DNA of 64,000 nt from Podarcis filfolensis (lineage: Eukaryota). The stretch lies in NCBI GenBank assembly GCA_964270895.1, contig OZ185436.1. One strand, given 5' to 3'. Shown here piece by piece: positions 1 through 13,700 of this stretch. Position 1 is the first letter of the stretch. Every line of letters starts with the position of its first letter. The notes beneath the pieces are model-generated. The model made no database searches, was not told the origin of the DNA, and worked only from the letters and a program-made list of their open reading frames with translations. Position numbers and translations under genes: made by a program.

Positions 1-3000
1 TTCATTTGAACAATGTATTCACATATTGGTTTCTGAGGCAGAAGTGTTAGGCATATAACCTTCAATTAGTTATAAATGCAAACAGACTTCACAAGCCTAT
101 TTTTCCCCTTGTCAACATTGTCTCATATAATGCTGTTCAGACTTGAAAGGCTGGGTCCCTCCTACAGTTTCGGCTACATTCACGTAAGCAAAGCTAAACC
201 ACATTAAGTACATCTGTAGGGGATGTTTGGGCATAATTACCACACCACTGTACTGTTCACACTTGCAGAGCGGTGTTGTGGACAAGTTTTGAAAGCTCCA
301 AGATCTTTAGAAACAACTTTTCCCAAGGTACCATCGTGACCTCTACTGAAAGCAAAGACCTGCATCTTTGCAGTGCTCTCAATGCATTCAGTATGCAGTT
401 GCTCTAGAGCTCTAGACACCTTCTCCACAGCAGGTTCATGGATGGTGAAACTTCAGTAATTTCTACAGATGACTGATGCCTTTACTTTTAGAAGTCATAT
501 AGTTATCATATTATTTCAGATGTATGTATGTTTCAGTACTTGAACCTAAAGGCATTTGTGAGAGAAAAGCATGTCCGTTTCCATGGGGTTTCCCTCCCTT
601 ATTTCCACTTCTTACCACACTCAGCATCACTCTGGAGGGTCTTCTAATTCTCAACAACATTTTTAAAGTCCCCCCCCCAGGGGTCTACACTGAGAAGGGG
701 GAGATGAGAAAGCCCTGAACTATGAGCAGATGTTCACCCACACATCCAACTCCAGAATTTTATTATCTAAACTTTTTTTATAAGTCACCAGTCCTCATGA
801 CCAAGGAAGGCTATTTAAAGACCTAAAGCAAATATACAATGACCACTAATTTTCAAAAATTATGACTTTTATGATTTTGCACAATTACAGTTAGTAACAT
901 CAGGGTCTTTGCCACCTAAGCCATATAGAACACTCGCCTACAGTACAAGGAAACACTTCCTGAAGTAACAGAATTGTTCAAATTTCAGAGGGAGATAGGC
1001 ATCCACAAGGAGGTGGAATGGACTGAGAGGAGAACCTTACCAGTCTCAACCTTTGGTAGAAATCAATATAGGAGTACTTTTGGATATGCTAGGGTAATCT
1101 TTCCCATATCAAAATGCAACAAGGGCAGTACCCTGTCACTCATTAATTTACAACACAAATGGCTCTTGTGCATTGCCTGGTACTGATTATCCCACCAAGT
1201 GCATACAACTCTTTGTGCCAGTACCACCTGTGGATGCACTACTGTGGTGTATCACAAGTCTGCCATCACAAGTTCCCAGCATGCATGAATCTAACACACC
1301 TGAACCTACTGTCTTGAGAAATACTGTATCACCTATGTGGTTGGAAGGTCATCTCTGGTGCTGCTGAGTGGGGAAAATGTTTCCCTGAACTGCAGAGTTT
1401 CATGGTTAGAGTTACATTTTAAGGTCCAGTGTGTTTTTCCTGCTTTTCCTCCATGGTTTTCAGATAGGAAATGTTTATATTTGAAATACTGAAACACTTG
1501 CAGATTTTGTGGGGCCTGAAGTACATCTGTATTCTTTATTTTCATTTATATTTTGGTGTATCTGAAGTTGCTCTCTCCCCTTTACATAGAGACTGTACTG
1601 TGATATATGCAAAGTCACATTAGTTTATGCTGGGTGCAGGGTGGGGTTTGTGTAAAGTTAAAACTTTTGACGGAGAAGGCTTCCCCTTTATTTATTTTCA
1701 GCTTTGTGGTGGCAGTGTGAACATGTGTGCACAATGGGGAAAAAATAAAATAAAGCAAAATCCACTTGAGTAAATGTGCTTTGAAAAGACATACAGAGTA
1801 TCTGCAAACCAATACAAACAACATAATCAGTACAACAAACTGATAATACAATACTTATGCCAAGAACCAGGAAGAAGCAACCAAACACGAGAGAAAAGTA
1901 TGGGCAGATCTTAACTCTGAGCAAAAGAATGAGTCATGAACTACAGGTGGAGCAACACTAACCATGACATGGTTCAAACCTAGCCATCGTCATCTTTACT
2001 TTCCCACAATTCCCATGTGGTAGGTTGGCATTAGCCTGTCTTCACACACAGATGTATCTGCTTGCCTCCACAAGGTTTGGACTAACTTGAAAATTACAAC
2101 GAAGGCAGCATTCATAACAAATTAAGGTGTCACCACAAATAATCAAATCCTGGCAATTCCTCAGTGCTGAAAGCACACAGCAACTTGCTCAGCACATCTT
2201 TTGAGGCAGTTATATTTACATCGGGAGTAATGCAAACCACATTTACTAGTATTTTCAGAAGGGATGAATAATCTAGTAATAAAAATAATAAAAGTGAAAC
2301 TAAATCTGGAAGAAATATGCCTCATACCAGTAGCTGTTTTGTGGAAGATTTTTTGTTTGTTTGTTTTGAAGAAGAATAAATAAAAACCTGAAGCCCATGA
2401 ACTAACTCTCGTTATAGGCACATAGTGTCAGAATTACAGCAGATCAACAGCCCATCTGTGTGTGACCACCAGCCATTCAACAAATAGACCCAAAGCTTTA
2501 AATCAAAACCGTTGTAAAATTGCACATTATGTAATCATTTAATGAAGCTGTATGTGGTGCTTGTCACCTACAAAACACTTAAACACAGATAGAGAAAAAT
2601 ATGTTTTTACATTCAATTACTGGTTTTAATCAGAAATTTCCTTCTTGTCTAATGAGATATATCTTCTAATTAAAAGGGGGGGAAAAGCTATAAGCACAAG
2701 GATTACAGATTTATTGCTAAAGCTACCTTTTCTTCCTTGATGGGGGACACAGAGGCAATATCAATTACAGCCTTTAAAAGCAGGAAAGCTGGTGTCGCAC
2801 TTTTTGTCACCATCTTTCCCTGGCTTTCAAGCGCTTATGAACAATCAGGAAAACTGATGATGGGATCTGCTCTCGCAAAGACACAGAATTACATTAACCA
2901 ACAGTGTAATGAAGTAAAAGGGCACTCATTTAAGCAAACAAAGTGGGCATTACATGAGGAAGAAAAAATACTAATATGCATATTCACTTATTTCCTCACT

Positions 3001-5762
3001 CGCTCATGCAAAAAGGTTCATGGCTCATGAAAAAGACTGGAGGCTGTTTGGTTTTAAAATTGAAATGCAAAACTAAATTACAGCTTTAATTGAGAACTCA
3101 GGCTTCTTCCCATCAATCCAGGGCATTGGGAGAAGGGGTTCCTCTCGGCCACTCATGCCTAAAGCCTGAGAGATGGTGCTGCCCTTGGAGGGAGGGACAA
3201 AAATGAGAAATCCTGTCAACTCTTTTCCATGAATTATTTAACTCCCTCTCTACATTAGAAATAAATAAATTAGGGGTATGCCTGCTCTTGGACATCCAGA
3301 GTTGTATTAATCTTCTCAACATAGTAGTTGGTGCCAGGGCAAGTAGGGCAAGATGCAGCAGAAAGCCCTCTATGCAAGTTCTTGGCAGAATACTGAGCAG
3401 CTCAGTTATAATATTTGGCTTCAATCCACCAGGCAATAGTAAGGCAAATAAAGAACCCCAAATCTGCCATTGTTGTAATCTGTACAGACTTTTGAGTTTC
3501 TAATGTATTAAATGCAGAATTATTAAGATCTTCAGGCATTAGAGGTAAAACACACTTATAAAACTGATAAGAGATTGAGGACACCTAGAAAAGTACTCAA
3601 GCAACTCTTTCGCCCTTTGATTTCTCTTTTAGGACAATGTTCCCCTTCTTTTATTGTACTTTACCATCAACTACTTCATGCTGGCTGCAAATATTCATAA
3701 CCACATGAAAAAAATATTTTGGAATATATTTTGGGTTAGAGTTCGATCAGACCTTACACTGCAGGAAAAAAAAATATCCTAGGCAGCCTGTGGAATACCT
3801 GAAAGTTAGTGTGTGGATATATAATTTTGAAAACTGCTTGGGTGGCAGGGAGGGGGCAGGGGTAATGAGGAAATTCAGAAGAATATCCCTCTAAATTATC
3901 TCTATACAACTATCTCTAAATAACTACGTCTAAAATGCTTTTGCTAAAAATTTTAAGCTGGGTTGTAAACTCCCAAAATAGTACAAACATACAACAAAGA
4001 TATTGATAATTGCATACATCCTTCTAGCTGAGAAGGGGGCTAGTTCTACCAAGTGGTAAAGTGGAGCTCCTAAAACTCCATAGGGACGTAATAAATGGCT
4101 CCATGCTTAAAAGCACTTAAGTAAGGAATTTTGACGGTCATCATAATATTTTATCTCCTGATAAAAGGATTTAACAGCCAATTGTCTGAAAAGGCAGAGT
4201 TGTCTTTGATGTGCACAGGCTTAGAAAAGAAGCACTCTTGAGCTGCTAATATCTCTTTTTGTCTACATGGCAATCCAGACTCATCAGTAATAACTTGAAG
4301 GTGGTCTTGATTGATCTTGATTGTTGGAGAGAGATGGAGCATGGACAGTAGGCCGAATATCCCAACACAATGGTGCATTTCTGTTAACTTGCAGACAATT
4401 CATGGATGGCACATAACAATAAGCCAAATATGACTTAGCATGAAATAGCAGATGTGCAGACTACCAAAGAGGATATTGTGGTAGCTTTTCTCCTTCCCAG
4501 TCATTCGTCTGCTGTGCTGAGATAAGGAATGTCTAATGTATAGACATGTTTAGCAGGCATGTTTAAAAATTGTCTAGTATACTAATGATATAGCATCTTA
4601 AAAATAATCTGGCTAGAGAAAAATTACTAATTTAACAAAGGATACTAAACACAACACTCAAATCTCTTAAATCAGATTTCTAACATAAAGTATTATTATC
4701 ATTATGTATTATATTGGTTATTGTACAAATAGTTAACCTGTGTTTCAGCAACCTATCAGTATGCATGTTTTTCAGGAAATACATTAATCAAAAACTTAGA
4801 ATCTTAAAAAAAACCCCACACAATTATTTAAATAACTTTGATTTTTATTTTATTTTTAGTGATCCAATCTGAATGAAAAGGTTTTGGTTGTATTGGCTGT
4901 GGTAAAATATCACATAGCTGTGTGAATTCACTTTTTTTCGAAGCAAGGAAATAGCTCAATGGATGGCACCCCAGCTTTGCTGTCAACAGAGAGTATAGAA
5001 GCTGTTGTTTGAAAATGTAATTGACACTGTATTTTAACCAAATTGGAGGCAATTAGCTTTCCCAGATCCTAACCAATGTGAGTTGCAGATGTTCCATCTC
5101 CTCTGCTCAGAATTAGTGACTTGAGCAGCACTATAAACAAATCAGCTAGGTTTAAAGTAGTCACTTTGTTTTCTGAAAACAGACCGGTCTATTTTTCAAG
5201 CTTACATAATTCAGTGCTGGACCAATACATTTTCATGAATGTTTTTTTATTAGGATAGTGCACTGGCAGGGCACTGCAAAGAAATTTAAGGATTGGAATG
5301 ATGGAACAGAAAAAATTGCTCTTCTAATCTGTACACCGACGTTAGCTTTCAATCCTACACCCCCCCAAAAAAGCTATCACTAGACCGTATACTACTGTAT
5401 AAGGAAACCCCAGTTCACACATGTGTGAGGTGAAAGTGTGGTGGGAATAGTAGCCTGAGGACCTTCCCTCCCCAGTACAGATAGTGTGCAGTGAACCAAC
5501 CCCCTGGGCAAACTGCCAATTGTGTGATTCTCCTCCTTGAAAAAGCAAGGGAAGAATCATATGAACTAGGTCTGAGTGCAACTCAGAGCAAACCATTCTC
5601 CAAGTGTGCAATCCTTACATAGTCAAATACAGAGCTATTGCATCTGTATGGTAGAAGGAAAGTGCTTCTTCTACTTTATTTCAGTGTTGGCTGAAAGTAT
5701 GATCCAATGCTAAAAGACACTATCACAACCCATTTTACTTAGAGCTGAGTTTGATTACATTA

Positions 5763-5988
5763 CAGTGGTACCTCGGGTTAAGCACTTAATTCATTCCGGA
5801 GGTCCGTTCTTAACCTGCAACTGTTCTTAACCTGAAGCACCACTTTAGCTAATGGGGCCTCCTGCTGCCGCTGCGCCGCCAGAGCACGGTTTCTGTTCTC
5901 ATCCCGAAGCAAAGTTCTTAACCTGAAGCACTGTTTCTGGGTTAGCGGAGTGTGTAACCTGAAGCGTATGTAACCCGAGGTACCACTG
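5763..5988 (+). mobile_element. Tc1/mariner (Tigger/pogo-like) MITE, copy 1 (reference orientation)
   Basis: TIRs CAGTGGTACCTCGGGTTA / TAACCCGAGGTACCACTG. TA on the left; right flank reads cactgta. Colinear with 62533-62758. Confidence 0.9.
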
Positions 5989-8900
5989 CACTGTATTGAA
6001 ATAAGATCTGAGTGCAAATGGTTCTGAAGTTTCTCAGAAGGTCAATTTTACTTCATCCCTTTTGTGTCAAAAGGAAGTTTCCCCTCCCTGCCAAAAGGAT
6101 TATTTGGGGTGGGGTGGGGAGTCCGCCAAAGGCCAATTCTCTTCCCTCTCAGGCCCCAGGCTGCATGCTGCTTTCTGCTGCCAAGGATATTCTCTGGCAG
6201 CATGCATATGCCAGCCTTATCTTCATCCATTATTACTAACCTAACATCCTACATATACTATTTGCAAATGCATTCTCTGACTGCCTATCCTTATGTGGCC
6301 AAAATGGTACCATCCATACACACAAGGGAAATTACAGTGGGAAGCCCAAGACTTGCAGAAGTACACATTGTGGGGTTTATTTTTTAAATGGAAAAAAAAA
6401 ACTCCCCGAAAGTGGGGTGAGGGAGAAGATCTCTAAAACAGGCCAATGGTAACTGAGTGTACTTAGGAAGTAAAAAATGCTGACTTGACTGCTGGAGAGA
6501 GAGAAAAAATGAGGGCGAATGGAAAAATGATAGCTGCTTGGCTGAAACAAGGAACAGAAGCACTTCACCAAGAAACAGTGTATAGCAGGCCCCACTTGTT
6601 ACTGTAACATTATAATATTCAAAGCTGCCCATCATCTGTTTTAAATGTATAAAAATACCAATACATTATTGCTTTGGGTTTGAATGCTTCTTTCTGCTTC
6701 CCAATAGTTTTGCTTCCTCTGCTACCCTTATCCCATTTAGGTTCTAATAGTGTCTGCATATAGCACACTAACTTTTGAAGCCAAAGGCTGGCCTATCACC
6801 ATCTTCAGGTTCACAGTAATAGCTGCAGACCCTCTTAAATTCTTATGCAGAAAACCCTGAACTGAGCAGGCCATTAGAAATTCATAACGAAGGCAAACTA
6901 GCAAATAAGTTAAAACCCAAATTCCACTGCACGGACAGGAAAAGGCCCAGGGTCCCCTTTCAGCAGGATTTATAGCACAATATTCACTGTGACTTTATCA
7001 AGAAGATTCCAATAAAATGTGTGAGAGGGCTCTTTGTGTATCTTAGCCTCTGGAATGCAAACTGTGCAGCAACGGCTATTCTAGCAATGCCTAATTAAAG
7101 TGTAAGCTCTGGTATCTGACTTGCCAAGTTGATAATGTGTAAGCTGTCCCTTGTTTAAAGGCCTTATAAACTCAACCATTTATAGAAGAAATGCACTTTT
7201 TACGTGACTTACTGTAAACAGAACTCAAGGTGCAAGCCATTTACTATCCCTGGCAGTTCGGTAATGGACTTGCTGAGTGGTGTCATTTCTGAAACTACTT
7301 GGCACATGTTGAATAACGGGGCTGCTGTGGTTAAGTAAGATAAGGCCCCACTATTAAAAACAGAACTGAGTGCTAGGGAGTTGGATTGTCTTAAAACAAA
7401 ATGTACAAACACAAATCTGAATAAATTTGACAGACTCCATAAGGGCTAAACACTGAGAAAATGGCAGGCTTATCCCAGAGACAAGATGTATTGCTTCACA
7501 AGGCAGGGTGGATATATTCTTTATAAAAATAATCTGGTAGCCCCTAAGAAACATCACTCTTGATGTGTTTTTCCCACTATTAGTTACACTCTGCTTTTGG
7601 ATATACACCTCTGCAGTCGCAACACACCTACATTCTCATCTGAACAATGCATACAGGCAGATTTATATGGGCAGCTATGAACAAGGGCAGAAATAAAGAC
7701 AATGTTCAAATGAGACAGCTTATCCTAGTTGCTTATCCCTATTTCCTTGGCTCTAGTCTTCAGTTCTTCTTGGAGGCTCCCAAAACCCACTTACAGGATA
7801 TATCCTGGGGATATTGCAGGCAACAGTCTTTCTTGCCACTCGGAATTCTCCCCGGTGCTGAAAACACAGACAGTTCAACTGAAGTGTTTCACTATCCCTA
7901 GGAGGACCTCCTGGTGACAAATTGTCACATACTGCATTTAAGAAACAGCTCAACCATCTGGGGGGAAGGTTTGCCTCTGTAATTATTAGGACTTGACTTT
8001 CTGGAAAACTGAATTGTTTAGTGACTGTGTTTCAGCAATAAAAGTGGGCAGTGTGTTTTGCTGAAAATCGTACGGAACTATATAGTAATCTAAGCTAACA
8101 AGTATAAATGAAATGTTCTGCCAGTACTCTGTGCCTTTCTACTCCCGTACACTTTCACCACAGATGTATGTTTATCCAGATTAGATTTGCAAGGGGCTTG
8201 GATATCAAGGCCACTGGGTATTTGCATGTCTACCATACTAGCTAATTATTTTGGTTTTGTGCCACAGCAGACTATACTTCCCCATGGCTAGTTCAGAAGA
8301 AAAGGAAGTTATCTGCCATTATTTCTTTTTTTAAAAGAAAAAAATGGAATTGGCATAAATGGTACATCCCCAAAGGTCTGTTCATATTAGAGGTCATAAT
8401 CAGAAGGATTATAGTATACAATCGCTGTACTCCTTCAAACGAACTGGGCCCTACCTCCTACTGCGCAGCTGACACAGGAGGCTAAGACAACTCCATTAGG
8501 AGTGCATATCGCTACTCAGCAGTGGTCCTCAGAAGCAGATGGAGGGCTATTTACTTAAATGCACCATGACTCCTGGCTTATACATGAGCATCTGGGATGT
8601 TTCCTAACGTGATGTGATGCACAATGCACTCAAATTTATCAACTGTCCCACATGCAATTAAAGGCCCTGATAAATAATTCCATGGCAAAGGCCTCACAGC
8701 TGAATTGAAAAGCAGCAAGGCGTGAGGGGTCAAATGTTTCCGCGGGATTTCTATTTAACAAACAGAACTGCTTATAAAGGAATGTCTCTACTGCGCTGCT
8801 GCAGAGTTTTTTCACACAGCACAACCAACTGAAACAGTGAGCTGAGTAGCTGGCAACTACTGCCGTTTCCATTTAAAGTGCAATAATTTTGTATCTTGCA

Positions 8901-9594
8901 TGGGGAATCAAAGAAATACACATACAAACACAAATCCACACCCAGCCACACACATGTATCTTAAAAACAGTTATCAGGTTCTGTTTATGAACATAAAACA
9001 GGAACTCTCATTGACCATAAAGGATGTAATCAACACTGTGTATGGATACATAGCTACTGCCATTCCTATTCCCTTTGGGAAAGCAAGATAGTAAGCATTA
9101 CAGCAATCCATTAGTTCATCCTTTGATGTGGGTTTTATTCTCTTTAAACTGTGTTCTAGCCTTAAGGATTTTTCCTTCATTGCCTGTAAATGTAGCTATC
9201 TGAAGCAGGGGAGTGAATAAGCGTCCTGCTGCTTAAAATGCAAGGGCAACATTTTCACGAGTAATTGGACATGTCAAAATATAAAACAGCCTTATTAAAA
9301 TTTCTTGTTTACAACACTCAGGCAATGCCAGCTTCCCACTCTTCAGAGGAAATGCATGGAAGAAAAGGAACTCAGCAGGAAAGAACACACTTGTTTTCAT
9401 ACAGTTATATTAAAAGTTGCATACCTCCAGGATAAACATTATTTGAAAAGAACACTGCTGTGGTGTCGCTTTAGAACTATGTTGTTTTCAAACGGGAACA
9501 TCTCTTCCCCCACATCACGTTAAACAAAAGCATTTGCAACTTCAGTTCTGAGCCAGTTATCCAGTAACAATTTTTTAAGAAACCAGTAATATTT

Positions 9595-9790
9595 GAAACG
9601 TAAGAAGCTGCATCATATTGAATCAGAACACTGGTCCTTGTTGCTCAGTAATGTCCACACTGACCAGTGGTGGCTCTCTAAGATTTCAGACAATAGTATC
9701 TTCAAGCCCTACCTTTAGATGCTGGGGATTGAACTTGGAACTTTTTGTATGCAAAGAAGAACTCTACTGCTCTACCGCTCTACTACAGTC
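9595..9790 (-). mobile_element. tRNA-Ala-like SINE, degraded, inverted copy of the 34235 family
   Basis: Reverse complement contains ttccaagttcaatccccagcatctaaaggtagggct and the gcagcttcttacgtttc tail. Confidence 0.65.
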
Positions 9791-9809
9791 TTTTGCGAAT
9801 TCACATGCA

Positions 9810-10020
9810 TTTAAGAACTCAGCTCAAGGGCATCCCTTCAGTGTCATTGGTTCAGTCCTGTGGAGTACTCCACCAACAGACTTTTCTATTCCTCCAGGTC
9901 TATGCAGGCAATTAAGAGTACACCCTTCCACAATGATTAATTGAGATATGTTTTTAACTTTTTGATGGCTTTATTGTATTATTGCACTGTTTTGTTTTTA
10001 TAGCTGTAAACCACCTAAAA
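9810..10020 (+). mobile_element. Very degraded L2-like 3' end and tail
   Basis: cccttcagtgtcattggttcagtcctgtggagtactc and a T-rich tail ending tgtaaaccacc resemble L2 3' ends. Confidence 0.4.
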
Positions 10021-10224
10021 ACACAATTATTATTAAAGATTTTCTTGGGTTACAAAAGTAAGTGCATTGTCTCTATTTTCAGGTCATAAAGTCTTCTCTA
10101 CTGATAATTTGCTGTAAACCACTTTAATATTTGTCATGCTTTAGCAATATACAATTTGGAGCAGGGCCTTAGTAGTGATTTTTTTTAAAAAAATAAAATT
10201 GCATAATACTAAAAAGTCTCAAAG

Positions 10225-10229
<5 letters not shown>

Positions 10230-10275
<46 letters not shown>
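10230..10275. repeat. (CT)n microsatellite
   Basis: Perfect dinucleotide run, about 23 units. Confidence 0.98.
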
Positions 10276-10278
<3 letters not shown>

Positions 10279-10384
10279 CAATAAAACATGTTATAACAAT
10301 GAGCAGTCTCAGTGCAGTAACAATTATAAAAACACAGTAAAGCCCGGATTGAAGAACTGCAGCATCAGTATCATAAAGCTGTCC

Positions 10385-10700
10385 GGAACGACTGGAATGA
10401 ATAAAAACATTTTTATCTACTGCATAATTAGAGTGAAGTTGGTGCCAGGCATGCCTTTCTTTTATCATGGAGAGTTTTCCAGAGAAGGGAGTTACTATAG
10501 AGAAGGCCTGTGTCTGTCTTTCATATGGGAAGAGATGGCCCTTTAGGTAGTAGGGTCATGGGCTGCATAGGGCTTTGTAAGGTCAAAAGAAACACTTTAA
10601 ATTAAACAATCATTTAAAAACTGGCAGCTAGAAGCAGTGTTGTGTGTTCACACCTTCCTGCTCTTGTTAATGCTCTGGCTGCTGAGTTGCCTCCAGGAAG
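10385..10700 (-). mobile_element. Degraded L2 LINE 3' fragment
   Basis: Minus strand gives NSAARALT...EHTT and YKAL-like remnants of the L2 ORF2 C-terminus, followed by 3'UTR-like sequence. Confidence 0.65.
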
Positions 10701-13700
10701 ACTGGTGTAAACCCCAGAGCAGATCTGGGAGAGAGCAACAGGCATGTTTGAGGGGGGTGGAAAGATGGATAAAAAGGGGAAGTTATGGTGTGTAAGCTGA
10801 AGTCATTCTGCTCACACAATGACTTTGTTAGCTGCAACCCATACACAGCAGGGCTAGATTTGGAGCATAAGTAAAAACACCCAAATCGCAGAATGCTCCC
10901 TGGGCATTTGGCTATATAAACAAGCTATAGCTGTTTTCAGAATCATTCACACTGAAAGAGAACTGAAGTTTTGTGAGGAGGAAGGAATATCTAGATTGAA
11001 GACCTTGAAAACTGTCACAACAGGGAAATGCAGACTGGGCTATTTCAATCTTTGGGTTGATATAGCTTATTTGAATTGGCTTTGCTCAGATAAAGTACAT
11101 ATGAGCACAATACCCTTTACATGTATCAATAAAATCCTATAGAAATACAACCAAAGCAAAGTGAAAGGAAGGAAGGAAAAATACCTAAAAGGGAGTTCCC
11201 TAAAACTGGAGGGTTGTTTTTTTTCTTAATAAAAAGGTATCCAGAAATCTTTAAAGGAGATGAATAAAGATGAACATCTGGAGGAAGTAAGCCCACGGCA
11301 AAGGGCCCATTGTTTGCTGATTTGAAGATAGAATCAAAAGATATATAAGAAGTCAGCTGCAGATCTTCTGTACATCCATGATTTTTAGTTACCAGCTTTG
11401 CTGGCAATGGTTTTTGCTGTTAAGTAGCCTGTGTAAAATTTGTGTAAAACAGCATTTCCTCTGTGAGTAGGTGACTTCAAGATTTATTGCACCAATGAGG
11501 TAAATTAAGAGGATGAGAATAGAATAGACCAAAAATTAAATTTGATAAGAGTCAAATGTATCATCAAAACAAGAACACTCTTGAAGATGCTCCATAACTC
11601 TTTTTACATGCCCCAAATATTTTTGGAATGGTGTAAGACACCAGCCCTTTAAATACAATTTGCCCATTTTTCTGCTGTTTTGATTAACATTCAGTTTAAC
11701 TAGAAAAGTTTGAACCCTGGGAAAATACGTAGCAGAAGATTACAGCTCTCAAAGTGCGTTGTTTTGGCCAGCTGAAGAAATAATGCCAGTTGACGTCTAG
11801 CTTGAAGTCTATAAGGACTTAGGCCAACATCATTCAAGGTTAAGTGACACTTTAAAGAACATTAAATTAGCTGTTGACAGTTGGATAGATAGATCGATGA
11901 GTGATTGCCTTGGAGTCCCCACAATGACCACAAAGGGCAGAGAAGAGAGTATAATAAAGTTTCAAGTTTGGTGAATATGGTTTTGACCAAATGAAATTGC
12001 CATGACTTAAATGTATGCCTCTGGAAACGTGTGTCACTGATTATTTAACCTAAATGGTTGTTTGTTCCTCTGCTGTGCTGGTGATAAACATAGTCAAATA
12101 GTGTTTAGGATACAAAAACGATGAGAATTTTTTTTTAATATGGGAAACCCAATCCTATGTGCATACCAATGTTTCCCACAGCAAATAGGTAAACTGTGGA
12201 CAAACAGATGTGCACTTAAACACTTGTGTTCATATCACTCTGGCCCAACATGGGAATGCTGTACCCTTTATGCCCTCTAGTATTTTCTGTGGGAAACACT
12301 GTTGTATATATCGAACAGGTTTTTCAAGTAAAGTATGGCGCTGCTCTGAATACAGCACAGATGTGGGGGAAAAGCTTTAATTTTATTTGGGGGTGAGAAA
12401 GGAGGAGGAGTTTAAAGTTTACACACACACTGACCTAAGCAAATTCAAGATACCTCCATTCAATTGAATTTTGGCTCAGCCTAGTTTTTGGCTCACTGTG
12501 TGCTCAACAGATGTTCTCATTAGAATATTCCCCATGATGTTTTTAAAATAAAATTAACTGAACTTAGAAATCTGTAATTAGCACCATCTTACAGAACAAA
12601 TCAGAACAAGTTTACCAAAGTACTCTATTTACAATGAGAGTGAGTTTACCCCCAGGGCTTGCTTTACTATTTTGTTTCAATTTTCATGTAATTTCATCCA
12701 TCACTTTTTTTCAATCCTCCAAAGATGATGGATAAAACACAGAAATAAATAGGACCAACTGTTCACAGATGCCTAAGGGAAAACATAATTTTGTTATAAA
12801 TAATCCTTGGCACAAATCATGGAAATGCTATCTGAAAATTGTTTGTTGAATAGTTTATGAATACGGGCTTTAGCTTCAAGTTTGCAAATAAGGTGTAGTG
12901 CTCCCCAACCTTCGTCAAGTTGGAATCCAATCCTATACAAAACTGAACAGATATACAAACAGAAATCAAGGTTGCTTTAAGTTTCTGTTCAAACAGGAGC
13001 CCCATGGGATACTGCCTTTTATTTGTATGTATACATGGAGCAGAGAGCATGCACAAAAGGTGACACATGTTTCAGAATTCTTCTTGTAAAACATCATAAG
13101 AAGTTTGATTCCTGCTTTATGATTTGTCATGAAGGGGAAAAAGTAAGAAATACAAACTGGTAACGATTTATACAGAATGAAAGAATGGGCATTTCAGATA
13201 TATAACGTTTAGTGTGTTTTTTTTCTAGGTCTAATAAAAAATAGCAAACCCAACCATCTAATTATTTTCAGAAAATACAAAGGTCAGACGTTACAGTGAA
13301 ACAAAAAAATAGAAATATACAAAGGAGCTCCATCACTAAGTGTGATAAGTGGTGGTATTAGGATATGGAGAGAATGTAGTGCAAAACCCTGTTCCAGAAG
13401 GGGCATTTTCCCAAGCACTTCTAGCTGTTGTCATATTAGGCTGCTTTGGCTCCTGTTTGTGAGACAAGCCAAGTTGTTAAAATGACTGACATGCCCTTAG
13501 ACACTCTGGGATAATGGATGTTCCCAAGGATGTCCTGTTTTTCCACAACGGTTCTAATCTGTTTGATTGTGATTCTGTGGTAGCTTCCTTTAAAAACATG
13601 CCGTGGCCAATCCCTCCCTCCCCCCCGCAACTCTATATTAACAGTATTTGGTGCAAAACGTTTTGTGTATGGACCTTCTTTGTCAATGTGAACTCTCTTA

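Noticed and set aside
3113-3584. Overlapping 107-aa and 60-aa minus-strand ORFs after an AG acceptor
   Set aside because: No resemblance to COX10 exon 6 or any protein I recognise; stops in all frames and no good donor.
5983-5995. cactg-cactg-ta at the right end of MITE copy 1
   Set aside because: Simple 5-bp slippage or a point change in the TA duplication; uninformative.
5778-6017. ORFs over the Tigger-like MITEs (also 22215-22448 and 62776-63099)
   Set aside because: Non-coding MITE sequence with no transposase motifs.
10175-10546. 123-aa ORF
   Set aside because: Built from the (CT)n microsatellite (SLSL run) and an L2 remnant.
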